IMG/VR virus record: IMGVR_UViG_3300036770_005540
Span: 52,920 to 72,919 of that record
Length of the DNA stretch: 20,000 bases
Origin: an uncultured virus (IMG/VR IMGVR_UViG_3300036770_005540)
Lineage: Duplodnaviria > Heunggongvirae > Uroviricota > Caudoviricetes
Reading direction: 5' to 3' (one strand)
The notes beneath the pieces are model-generated. The model saw only the letters and a program-made list of their open reading frames with translations, made no database searches and was not told where the DNA came from. The translations under genes were made by a program, and so were the position numbers. Within the stretch, counting starts at the first letter, position 1. The number at the start of each line of letters is the position of its first letter. This document shows positions 1 to 6,737 of this stretch, one piece after another.

Positions 1-397
1 CGCCACGCTACTGAACTTCCTTGACTCTCCTGAGTCTGCATCGTGGGAGCATCCTGAGAACGGACAGATTATCCGTCCCTCCAATGGATTCTCCGCAGTG
101 ATGACCACCAACGTTGAGGACATGGACGAATTGCCCGAAGCGTTGGCCGACCGATTCCCTGTTCGGATTCGCATCAACCAGCCACATCCCAATGCACTGC
201 GTCGTCTCTCACGAGACCTGCGTGAGGTTGCGGTTAACTACGCCGACGCTGGACGAGACCGAATTTCACTGCGAACGTTCATGGCCTTTGACAATCTCCG
301 AAACTCAATGGGCGACGAACGTGCCAGCAAGATTGTCTTTGGGCATCGTGCTGACGGAATCATGGATGCTCTCAGGGTTAATGCGGTGGCATCGTGA
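1..397 (+). CDS. MoxR/CbbQ/NirQ-type (AAA_5-like) AAA+ ATPase, C-terminal part (5' truncated by window edge)
   Basis: Frame is open from nt 2: ATLLNFLDSPESASWEHPENGQIIRPSNGFSAVMTTNVEDMDELPEALADRFPVRIRI. This includes the post-Walker-B helix, sensor-1 (MTTN) and arginine-finger (LPEALADRF) motifs typical of MoxR-clade AAA+. Its stop overlaps the start of a VWA gene (GTGA). Confidence 0.88.
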   Translation, partial: ATLLNFLDSPESASWEHPENGQIIRPSNGFSAVMTTNVEDMDELPEALADRFPVRIRINQPHPNALRRLSRDLREVAVNYADAGRDRISLRTFMAFDNLRNSMGDERASKIVFGHRADGIMDALRVNAVAS

Positions 398-1947
398 CCA
401 CAAAAACCACGATTGAACCACACGCACTAACACGGCGTGATAGACCGACACTGCGCTGGAGCGTTGAAGAAGTCATCGCCAAGCGTGGATACGCCAAGAC
501 CGACATCATCGGGCGCAAGATATATGCGCCTGCTGGATTGTCGGAACTTGAGCGTGTCGTACGTGCGCACGAGTTGATGCATGCCAGAATCACACCTGCC
601 GAAGAAATTGGTGATTGGATTAAACGTGGCGTTGCGTCAAAAGATTCAATCTATGCAGTTGAAGAAGTGCGTGTTAACTACGCAATTCAAAAGGCTGGCT
701 TTGATTTAAACGAACTGACCGACGGCAACGAAGATGCTGACGGCGAACTTGCAGTAATCCAAAACAATTGGGAGGGTGCCGTTCGTTTTGCGGTCGCTAC
801 CGCTGGCACTGCTGGCGGTAAACGATTTCTCGTCGGCGTGCGTCGCCAATCAAAACATTGGGCGAATGCTCTTCAACGAATCCAAAAACATATTTGGAAA
901 CAAATTGAGGGTGCCGACACTGGTCGTATCGGCCGTAAGCGTGTAGTGAGGGAACCTTTGTTCTCAACCGAGGTACATAAGTACATCGGGCTTGCACCTG
1001 CTGGCTTTGCGTGGACCGAGCGTTGGGCTGAGTACCTTGACCGACTTGGTGCGATGCAACCGCCTGAAAAGAATCCGACCACGGCCAAGAAAACAAAGAA
1101 ATCAAGCACCGAGGCCGAGGGTAAAGAAGATGAATCCGACAAGTCCGAGTCCGAGTCTGGCGACAAAACTGATTCTGAAGAATCAACAGAAATTGCCAAT
1201 AAAGGTTCTGAGGATGACTTTGAAGAACGTATGCGTCGGATGAATCCGCTCTCATACAGCCGTGGTAGCGAAGAGTGGAGCAAACTCCTATGGGGCAAGA
1301 CAAAATTGTCTCGTGTCTCAAAGGGTGCTCTTGGCAAGAAGCGCTATGCGATGCAATACGGTCGCAATCCACGACGCATCGGGCGACTCTACACTGACCC
1401 ACAACGTCGTGTGTTTGACCACGAGCGTCGTGCCAAGGGTGGAATTGTCCTGATTGACGGTTCTGGCTCTATGGCACTTGACCGTGATGACGTTCTCAAG
1501 ATTCTGCAAGTGGCACCAGGTGCGACTGTCGCAATCTATTCCGACATGGATGAGGGTGAGGGCCGTTTGCCAAACATCCACATTCTCGCAAAAGACGGAA
1601 AATGTGTTGAGGAAAAAGACATGCCAGATTTTGGCGCTGGCAACGGCGTTGACTTCCCTGCTCTTGATTGGGCGATTAAGGAACGCAAGAAGAAGGAACC
1701 TGTCGTTTGGGTAACTGATGGCGGTGTGTGCGTTGCCAACAGCGGATTTAATCATTCGCTAGCGGTGCAGTGCATCAATCACGCCAAGCGCCATAAAGTA
1801 ATCTGCGTTGACCACGTTGATTCGGCAATCAAACAATTGCAGGCTCTGAACAACGGACAGACTGTCCGAGTCAAGTACCCTCAGTACTTCACTCAAGTCA
1901 TCAACCACTTGGGCGGTATGGACGAAGAACAGGTAGTCAAGAAGTAA
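394..1947 (+). CDS. VWA (MIDAS) domain protein with N-terminal HExxH metallopeptidase-like domain; partner of the AAA+ ATPase
   Basis: 517 aa. RAHELMHAR followed by EEVRVN (HExxH...E), an acidic/lysine-rich linker, the MIDAS motif VLIDGSGSM (DxSxS), and later VVWVTDG. Translationally coupled to the AAA gene. Confidence 0.85.
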   Translation: MTTKTTIEPHALTRRDRPTLRWSVEEVIAKRGYAKTDIIGRKIYAPAGLSELERVVRAHELMHARITPAEEIGDWIKRGVASKDSIYAVEEVRVNYAIQKAGFDLNELTDGNEDADGELAVIQNNWEGAVRFAVATAGTAGGKRFLVGVRRQSKHWANALQRIQKHIWKQIEGADTGRIGRKRVVREPLFSTEVHKYIGLAPAGFAWTERWAEYLDRLGAMQPPEKNPTTAKKTKKSSTEAEGKEDESDKSESESGDKTDSEESTEIANKGSEDDFEERMRRMNPLSYSRGSEEWSKLLWGKTKLSRVSKGALGKKRYAMQYGRNPRRIGRLYTDPQRRVFDHERRAKGGIVLIDGSGSMALDRDDVLKILQVAPGATVAIYSDMDEGEGRLPNIHILAKDGKCVEEKDMPDFGAGNGVDFPALDWAIKERKKKEPVVWVTDGGVCVANSGFNHSLAVQCINHAKRHKVICVDHVDSAIKQLQALNNGQTVRVKYPQYFTQVINHLGGMDEEQVVKK

Positions 1948-1958
1948 TGAAGAAGTCA

Positions 1959-1996
1959 GCCAGCGCACGTTTAGGTTGGTGTTCACGTGCGCTGGC
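1959..1996 (+). terminator. GC-rich hairpin just after the VWA stop; probable terminator or RNA stabiliser
   Basis: Perfect 12-bp inverted repeat GCCAGCGCACGT (1959-1970) / ACGTGCGCTGGC (1985-1996) with a 14-nt loop. There is no + strand U-tract, which is common in actinobacterial terminators. Confidence 0.5.
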
Positions 1997-2001
1997 ACCA
2001 A

Positions 2002-2088
2002 AAGACGGTGTCACCGGCAGTGACCCAAGCCAGCAAATATGCTGGCCATGCGTCCTAGCGCACTTCCCGCTGTCGGTGGCACTGTCTT
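2002..2088 (+). ncRNA. Candidate three-way-junction structured RNA in the leader of the RHH gene
   Basis: 19-bp stem AAGACGGTGTCACCGGCAG (2002-2020) / CTGTCGGTGGCACTGTCTT (2070-2088), in which all three non-Watson-Crick positions are G-U on the + strand. It encloses hairpins GCCAGCA-aata-TGCTGGC (2029-2046) and TGCGT-ccta-GCGCA (2049-2062). Confidence 0.5.
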
Positions 2089-2116
2089 GCAATTACTAAA
2101 CGAAAGGAAGACAATC

Positions 2117-2326
2117 ATGAATGGCAAGACTCTTGCAGGAGAGAGACGCGGCCAGGCGGCTCAGCGCAGAAACGTCAATTTCGCGTTGACGATGTCGCAG
2201 TTCGAAGAACTTCAAGACATGGCCATGATGGCGGACATGCAGATATCCGAATACATCAGATACGCGATTTTCGGGGCCGCCGCTGCCAGGCGGCCGCGCA
2301 ACCAGAGGAGCGCGCCGCAGCAATGA
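2117..2326 (+). CDS. Ribbon-helix-helix (CopG/MobC-like) DNA-binding protein
   Basis: ATG at 2117 is preceded by GAAAGGAAG (RBS). RRNVNFALTMSQFEELQDMAMMADMQISEYIRYAIF fits the beta-strand/helix/'S-E-Y-I-R' RHH pattern. Confidence 0.7.
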   Translation: MNGKTLAGERRGQAAQRRNVNFALTMSQFEELQDMAMMADMQISEYIRYAIFGAAAARRPRNQRSAPQQ

Positions 2327-2410
2327 GAAGTTCTAAAAAGTTTTTTTTCTTCTGGTTCACCCAGTTGATGTCGCGCGTCATTTCACCATACGGTGGTGGA
2401 AAGCAACGTC

Positions 2411-2656
2411 CTAACTCCGGCGCATGAACGCGCGGTCCCACACCCGTAGGAAGTTGAATCCCAAAATCAAACTCGTACAATTAACCCAAGAAAGTTTCCA
2501 TGAGATTGCATCGATTGACCAGAAGAGCCGCACCGCCAGGTAGAGGGCCAAAGAATAAACCAGGCTTGAGAACACGAAGTTCAAGAAACCAGACAAGATT
2601 TGCTGTTTTGCCTGTTCCTGGAATTTCCGGAACTCCTCCATCTCCGGATGGCTCAC
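2411..2656 (-). CDS. Hypothetical membrane protein (about 2 TM segments)
   Basis: 81 aa with hydrophobic stretches ILSGFLNFVFSSLVYSLALYLAV and CTSLILGFNFL. Its start overlaps the stop of the HA-HTH gene (GTGA coupling). Confidence 0.6.
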   Translation of the reverse strand: MSHPEMEEFRKFQEQAKQQILSGFLNFVFSSLVYSLALYLAVRLFWSIDAISWKLSWVNCTSLILGFNFLRVWDRAFMRRS

Positions 2657-3033
2657 TGGGAAACCTGAGAATTTTTGCGAACAATCTGGTGAACGCGTTG
2701 GCGAGAAAGTTCAAACTCATCAGCAATAAAGCGAAGAGATTTTCCGCCGCGATGCAAGTCCAATATCTTGGAGTTTCTGTCGGAGTTCGTAGCCGGCCCT
2801 GGGCGCAGCGGGCCCCATTGCCAGTCGCGAATTTGCTCGAGTCGCTGAATCTTTTCCTGGCTCAATTGCCCCTTGCGGCGACGCTGTCGAAGATACCCAA
2901 CCCAAGAACCCAGCGGAACGGGGTTGCCATCGACCTCCTCGATGTGATTGGCCGGGACTCGACAGTGGTCTTCCCGCGCGACGAAGTTATTAAGGGCTGT
3001 AATTGTTGTGTTAAAACGGGTAACGTTGTCCAT
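2653..3033 (-). CDS. Helicase-associated (HA) domain fused to a sigma-region-4-like HTH DNA-binding domain
   Basis: VPLGSWVGYLRQRRRKGQLSQEKIQRLEQIRDWQW matches the HA consensus (LG.W...QR......L...R...L...W). The C-terminal RNSKILDLHRGGKSLRFIADEFELSRQRVHQIV is a classic HTH. Confidence 0.82.
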   Translation of the reverse strand: MDNVTRFNTTITALNNFVAREDHCRVPANHIEEVDGNPVPLGSWVGYLRQRRRKGQLSQEKIQRLEQIRDWQWGPLRPGPATNSDRNSKILDLHRGGKSLRFIADEFELSRQRVHQIVRKNSQVSQ

Positions 3034-3040
3034 GTCGAAG

Positions 3041-3049
3041 ACAATAGCA
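3041..3049 (-). promoter_or_regulatory. Extended -10 promoter for a leaderless HA-HTH transcript
   Basis: Minus strand reads TGC-TATTGT-cttcgac-ATG (7-nt spacer); no SD sequence. Confidence 0.55.
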
Positions 3050-3140
3050 AATGCATTTAAGCCTCAAGTTGATATTTTGAAACTTTAATTAGAAATAGTT
3101 TTTGACAAACCTTTACGGTGGTGGAAAGCAACTCGTTGAG

Positions 3141-3149
3141 TGGTACTAT
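3141..3149 (+). promoter_or_regulatory. Extended -10 promoter (leaderless), with the repeated GGTGGTGGAA motif over the -35 position
   Basis: TGG-TACTAT-ctaggg-ATG(3156). GTGGAA (3121-3126) lies 17 nt upstream of TACTAT. Confidence 0.55.
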
Positions 3150-3155
3150 CTAGGG

Positions 3156-3539
3156 ATGGAAGACCACGACGAACAAGATTTGGCTAGATTTGTCGAAAGA
3201 GTCAGAGAAGATATGGAGTTTGGGGAAACAGATGGCGGCCCCAATCGAATCATTGCTTCATGCCAAGACGTCGAGTCGGACATATACCTGCTGATAATGG
3301 CCGTGCCGCGCGAGTCCCTGTCCGATGGCGTGGGCCCCGAGTTATTCCAGACACCAGATGAACATAAGTTTCTGGCCTGCCTAAACGAGGAAGTTCTTTG
3401 GGCAAAAGCAGATGAAATAAGTGAAGAAAATATTTTCTACACAAGCCAGGAAAAAAATGACCTGATGGCTGAATTTATTGCGGACTTTTTGCCGCCGCTA
3501 TTCGAGCGCGCTCGAGAAATGATTCCGCTAGATATTTAA
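3156..3539 (+). CDS. Hypothetical acidic protein (127 aa)
   Basis: MEDHDEQDLARFVERVREDMEFGETD..., strongly acidic. Start reassigned from TTG 3102 to ATG 3156 on the basis of the -10 box 6 nt upstream. Confidence 0.65.
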   Translation: MEDHDEQDLARFVERVREDMEFGETDGGPNRIIASCQDVESDIYLLIMAVPRESLSDGVGPELFQTPDEHKFLACLNEEVLWAKADEISEENIFYTSQEKNDLMAEFIADFLPPLFERAREMIPLDI

Positions 3540-3540
3540 G

Positions 3541-3960
3541 CGCCTTGGTGGTGGAAAGGTTGGGGACTGCCGCCAGAAGAACCCAACCACCGAAGAAACA
3601 CACTTCGTGGCGGCAGCCCCGCTACGCGACCAAGGGGGAAAGGGGGGGAACACCCTGGCCACGCAATTATCGAAAGTACCACAGAGATTTGTTGTCCCAG
3701 TGTAACTTTTAAAAATTTTGTCGAAGTTGCATGTTTTGCCGCCGGGTGCTGCTAGCGTGAGCCCCGTTCCGCGTTTCGCGTTTCCTCCCTGGGGCAAGGG
3801 GCGCGGAACAACAAAATACTTCTGCGCAGGAAGACCAACCATCAAAAACAACACCCAAAACTGGGTGCCGGCGGAGCCTTGCCAAAAATCAAAAGTTTTA
3901 AGCAAAGGTTCCCCCGGACCCCCTCCAAAGTTCAACACTCTAAGAAGTGTTCAATTATGA
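3541..3960. other. Structured non-coding region upstream of the replication genes (candidate origin and/or ncRNA)
   Basis: No convincing ORF. Contains several inverted repeats (3562-3579/3603-3620; 3701-3709/3723-3731; 3766-3777/3798-3809; 3852-3867), complementary G-runs and C-runs (3633-3651/3908-3924), and AT-rich patches. Confidence 0.45.
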
Positions 3961-4069
3961 AGGGCCGTAAAAACAACAAAAGAAACTTCGGTTCATTTAC
4001 GTCCTCTATCTCATACGGTGGTGGAAGACCGAGGTTGCTATAAATACAGAAATGGTGTATCTTGAGGTG

Positions 4070-4426
4070 ATGATGACGACTAAGCGTTTCAGACTCACCA
4101 AGGCTGAGAAACAAGAAAAAGCCATCTCTGACCGGAAGAAAGAAGAACTCGTTTCTCCCGAAGATATTTTGGCCGTTTTTAACCACTGGGTCGAAACCCA
4201 CAAGAAAGACGCGCGCCGCAAACCTGTCCTTGATGCAAAGCGCCGCAGATTGCTAGCCGTTGCCATCTACGACTACAGCGTCGATGACTGCATGGCGGCC
4301 ATAGACGGCTGTGCCAACTCCCACTTCCACATGGGACAGAACAAGCAGGGAAAGGTCTACAACTCCCTGGAACTGATATTCCGCTCTGCAGAGTACATCG
4401 AGCGATTTATTGGCTACAACGAATGA
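4070..4426 (+). CDS. Phage replication initiator / replisome-organiser-like C-terminal domain protein
   Basis: ILAVFNHW...LDAKRRRLL...YSVDDCMAAIDG...HFHMGQNKQGKVYNSLELIFRSAEYIERF resembles the conserved C-terminal domain of phage replication initiators. It lies upstream of a G39P-like loader. Start inferred from TATCTT-gaggtg-ATG; ATG 4052 and ATG 4073 are alternatives. Confidence 0.65.
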   Translation: MMTTKRFRLTKAEKQEKAISDRKKEELVSPEDILAVFNHWVETHKKDARRKPVLDAKRRRLLAVAIYDYSVDDCMAAIDGCANSHFHMGQNKQGKVYNSLELIFRSAEYIERFIGYNE

Positions 4427-4506
4427 GGACCGGGGCTATCGTGGTTGCCATGCTTGCTTTCTACGCAGCACTGGCGGTGGCGGATAGGAGAAAGGGCCGG
4501 CGATGA
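4423..4506 (+). CDS. Unannotated 27-aa hydrophobic microprotein
   Basis: MRTGAIVVAMLAFYAALAVADRRKGRR*. ATGA overlaps at both ends: with the 4426 stop and with the 4503 start. Confidence 0.55.
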   Translation: MRTGAIVVAMLAFYAALAVADRRKGRR

Positions 4507-4964
4507 CAGAAGAAGAAATCGGCAAATTTATTAAAACCTTGTACTACACGTACGACCGGGTACTTGTCCCCAAGGAAGTCAAAGAGTTCAGCACGGCATG
4601 GAAGCCATACGTGGGCGAGTTTGACTATGAACTCGCCCAACAATTATTGCCCAACATTTGTATGGGTAAAGAATTTCCCCCACGGCCATGGGAGGTTAGA
4701 GTTTTCCTCGTAAATTACACCAAACAAATTACCCCTGCTCCATCACCCCAAGAAGCGTGGGGACAGTACCAAGAGATAATGGCAGCAGTCACGAACGGGA
4801 CTTCCGCAAACGTACGGATACATGATGCGTTGGTTGCGACCCTAAAGGCCATGGGGGGTATAGGGCTCAACAACCAGTTCGACGCCAAGCGATTTGAAGA
4901 ACTTTACAAGGATAAGGTTAACCAATGGATGAAGAACACGTACTGGATGGGCGATAAGCAATGA
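4503..4964 (+). CDS. Replicative helicase loader/inhibitor (SPP1 G39P-like)
   Basis: The pattern MTEEEIGKFIKTLYYTY...AW...FDYE...FPPRPWEVR...PSPQEAW...LKAMGG follows G39P-like phage loader proteins. RBS AGGAG upstream; adjacent to the initiator-like gene. Confidence 0.68.
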   Translation: MTEEEIGKFIKTLYYTYDRVLVPKEVKEFSTAWKPYVGEFDYELAQQLLPNICMGKEFPPRPWEVRVFLVNYTKQITPAPSPQEAWGQYQEIMAAVTNGTSANVRIHDALVATLKAMGGIGLNNQFDAKRFEELYKDKVNQWMKNTYWMGDKQ

Positions 4965-5074
4965 CAAAACGACAAAAAAATGAAAAGACTGACACGGGCG
5001 CAGCACTTCTCTCACTTTTTGCCCTTTTGGCAATAACCACGGGATTTGCGATTCTGTTCGTATTGACCTTCTAG
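4961..5074 (+). CDS. Unannotated 37-aa single-pass membrane microprotein
   Basis: MTKRQKNEKTDTGAALLSLFALLAITTGFAILFVLTF*. ATGA overlap with the loader stop; basic N-terminus followed by a ~23-residue hydrophobic helix. Confidence 0.6.
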   Translation: MTKRQKNEKTDTGAALLSLFALLAITTGFAILFVLTF

Positions 5075-5082
5075 TGATGTCC

Positions 5083-5244
5083 ATGAAGCGCAATGTCGGC
5101 AGACCCCCAAAGACCCCAACAGGGGAAAAGGTCGCCTTGACCCTCAAACTTCCTTCTGGGGTGAAGGCCAAGTTGATAGCCGATGCCGATGCGGTTGGTT
5201 TAACCTTGACCGACTACCTGATTGCCCTTATCCAGCGAGGCTGA
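5083..5244 (+). CDS. Small ribbon-helix-helix protein (53 aa), absent from the ORF track
   Basis: MKRNVGRPPKTPTGEKVALTLKLPSGVKAKLIADADAVGLTLTDYLIALIQRG*: a GRP motif followed by an RHH pattern. ATG 5077 is an in-frame alternative start. The next gene starts 1 nt after the stop. Confidence 0.75.
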   Translation: MKRNVGRPPKTPTGEKVALTLKLPSGVKAKLIADADAVGLTLTDYLIALIQRG

Positions 5245-5245
5245 C

Positions 5246-5587
5246 ATGGCCGAGCCTCAAAGAGCCAAATACGAAGACCGCCTATACAACGTCGGCATAC
5301 GAATATCAGGCAAACAAAAGAACCTCATTATTGACCATGCCAAATCAAAGGGTATTTCTGTATCCCAATTAATTGAGTACGCCGTTTGGGAGTTCATCAG
5401 AAACGACAAGGGAATCCCTTCCCCCGGCCCTTCTCAGTTCGCCAAGATAAACGAAGCCGATGAGATACGTGCCTACCTGACGGGTGTGAACCTATTGCAA
5501 CCCTGCGGACAGTTGACCTGCAAACAAGAAACTGTGATGTTTCAAGGCATGGAGTTCTGCGAAACCTGCAATCTGAGGATTGGTTAA
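5246..5587 (+). CDS. Ribbon-helix-helix protein with C-terminal Cys4 (putative Zn-binding) domain
   Basis: YNVGIRISGKQKNLIIDHAKSKGISVSQLIEYAVWEF is an RHH pattern; C-terminal PCGQLTC...FCETC. Start moved to ATG 5246. Confidence 0.7.
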   Translation: MAEPQRAKYEDRLYNVGIRISGKQKNLIIDHAKSKGISVSQLIEYAVWEFIRNDKGIPSPGPSQFAKINEADEIRAYLTGVNLLQPCGQLTCKQETVMFQGMEFCETCNLRIG

Positions 5588-5901
5588 TCGCCCCACATTT
5601 GAGCCAAAGTCGGCCTTGTGGGTCTTAATCCTCTTTTTCTTTGTTCTGCTGCCAGTTGTCTTGAAGTCAGTCCTGCCCATACCCCATGCATGTCTGCGGG
5701 TGGAAATTGCAAGGCATAATCCAAGCAATACCTTTGCACCAAGCAAGCACGGCATATGGCTCTTGCCTGTGCTATGTAGGTAATATCCTTATGTTCTTTG
5801 GGAAACATTAGTTTGGTCTTTCCCTTACAGTTAGCCATGTCCATCCACTTGTCGCCGTGTATATACGGTGCTGGAGTTACTTCTACCTTTTTCTTTGCCA
5901 T
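5584..5901 (-). CDS. whiB: WhiB-family Fe-S transcriptional regulator
   Basis: W...ANC...FP...ARAICRAC.V...CLDYAL...GVWAGLT: all four conserved Cys plus the G[VI]WGG-like turn (here GVWAG). Confidence 0.95.
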   Translation of the reverse strand: MAKKKVEVTPAPYIHGDKWMDMANCKGKTKLMFPKEHKDITYIAQARAICRACLVQRYCLDYALQFPPADMHGVWAGLTSRQLAAEQRKRGLRPTRPTLAQMWGD

Positions 5902-5916
5902 ATAAATTTATCCAAA

Positions 5917-6546
5917 TTAATATTTGGACTTGCTCTCTTTCCTGGTGTCTTGTATGTGCACATGGTACGGGCTCCCCGTATAAGGGTCAAACCGTGCTGC
6001 TGCTGCAAGGGCCTTTAGCGCCTGCTGTCTAGCCTTTTGAATATTCGGGCGCCCGCGAGCCGCCAAAGCATGCAAAGCCCCCATTGCGTATTGGGCTCCA
6101 GTTCCTATCGCATAGGTGCCATTGACATCCGAATACCACGAGTAATCCCCATCCACTGTGTACAGGGTTCCGTTTACTGCCACTATTACAGAACTGCCCA
6201 TTTCAGCCATATGGGTCTTTAAGTCATTATCGGGCATTGCGTACCCCTGCTGTTCAAAGCACTCTCGTAGTGCAGGGATAAATTTGACCGTAAAGAAGTG
6301 GTCGAGTTTCTTCCCTTTTAAATTAGGCGGCGCTGTTGGTGGCTGGAATGCATGATGCAGGATGTTGATGGCCCGCACGTCCCCAGCCGCCCCTATCAAG
6401 TACCTGCCATTTGACTGGACCTTCCCAGTGCCCTCACGCATGGTAACCACCTGCGTCACGTAGCCGTGTTCGTCTACATCTGAAACCTGGGAGTCAGTGC
6501 AAATGAGAGCAAAGGTATCTCCCTGTATCCCAACAATTGTTGTCAT
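5917..6546 (-). CDS. HslV / proteasome beta-subunit-like Ntn (threonine) protease
   Basis: Starts MTTIVGIQGD...DSQ (N-terminal Thr nucleophile after Met removal). Also contains GKV, LIGAAGD, YAIGTGAQYAMGAL and A..D..TG motifs. TGATG overlap with the upstream gene places the start at 6546. Confidence 0.85.
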   Translation of the reverse strand: MTTIVGIQGDTFALICTDSQVSDVDEHGYVTQVVTMREGTGKVQSNGRYLIGAAGDVRAINILHHAFQPPTAPPNLKGKKLDHFFTVKFIPALRECFEQQGYAMPDNDLKTHMAEMGSSVIVAVNGTLYTVDGDYSWYSDVNGTYAIGTGAQYAMGALHALAARGRPNIQKARQQALKALAAAARFDPYTGSPYHVHIQDTRKESKSKY

Positions 6547-6737
6547 CACTCCTGCCCGTTCAGTCTTTTTTCGTAAAACTCAATACCGGCAGGGGTCGCC
6601 TTGTATAACCACTCGCCGTTTTCATCTATGCCAACTATTTCTATGTATTTCTTGTCAACAAGTTCTTCCAAGGCTTCCTTGATGTGCTCCATGATTTGCT
6701 CATCATCCCCCCAGAACTCATCCCCAAGGGTGGACAT
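6546..6737 (-). CDS. Small acidic winged-helix-like protein
   Basis: IKEALEELVDKKYIEIVGIDENGEWLYKATPAG resembles a recognition helix plus wing. Coupled to neighbours by TGATG overlaps on both sides. Confidence 0.6.
   Translation of the reverse strand: MSTLGDEFWGDDEQIMEHIKEALEELVDKKYIEIVGIDENGEWLYKATPAGIEFYEKRLNGQE

Larger units (their letters stand above)
2387..4026 (+). repeat. Dispersed co-oriented motif (CATAC)GGTGGTGGAA(AGCAAC), four intergenic copies
   Basis: GGTGGTGGAA core at 2392-2401, 3117-3126, 3547-3556 and 4017-4026. TACGGTGGTGGAAAGCAAC is identical over 19 bp at 2389-2407 and 3114-3132. CATACGGTGGTGGAA is shared by 2387-2401 and 4012-4026. Confidence 0.8.

Noticed and set aside
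1947..2099. 50-aa ORF starting in the VWA stop (TAATG)
   Set aside because: It runs through strong hairpins and has no protein-like features; likely incidental.
2500..3060. 186-aa + strand ORF and similar antisense ORFs (797..1402, 4842..5171, 10112..10450)
   Set aside because: They lie opposite genes with clear domain motifs and have no independent support.
3102..3107. Perfect TTGACA -35 box
   Set aside because: There is no -10 hexamer at 16-18 nt spacing. The TACTAT box lies 36 nt away, so the two cannot form one promoter.
3528..3960. ORFs 3528..3938(-) and 3718..3960(+)
   Set aside because: They have no recognisable motifs or RBS, and their composition reflects G/C runs. The region is better explained as structured non-coding DNA, although coding cannot be fully excluded.
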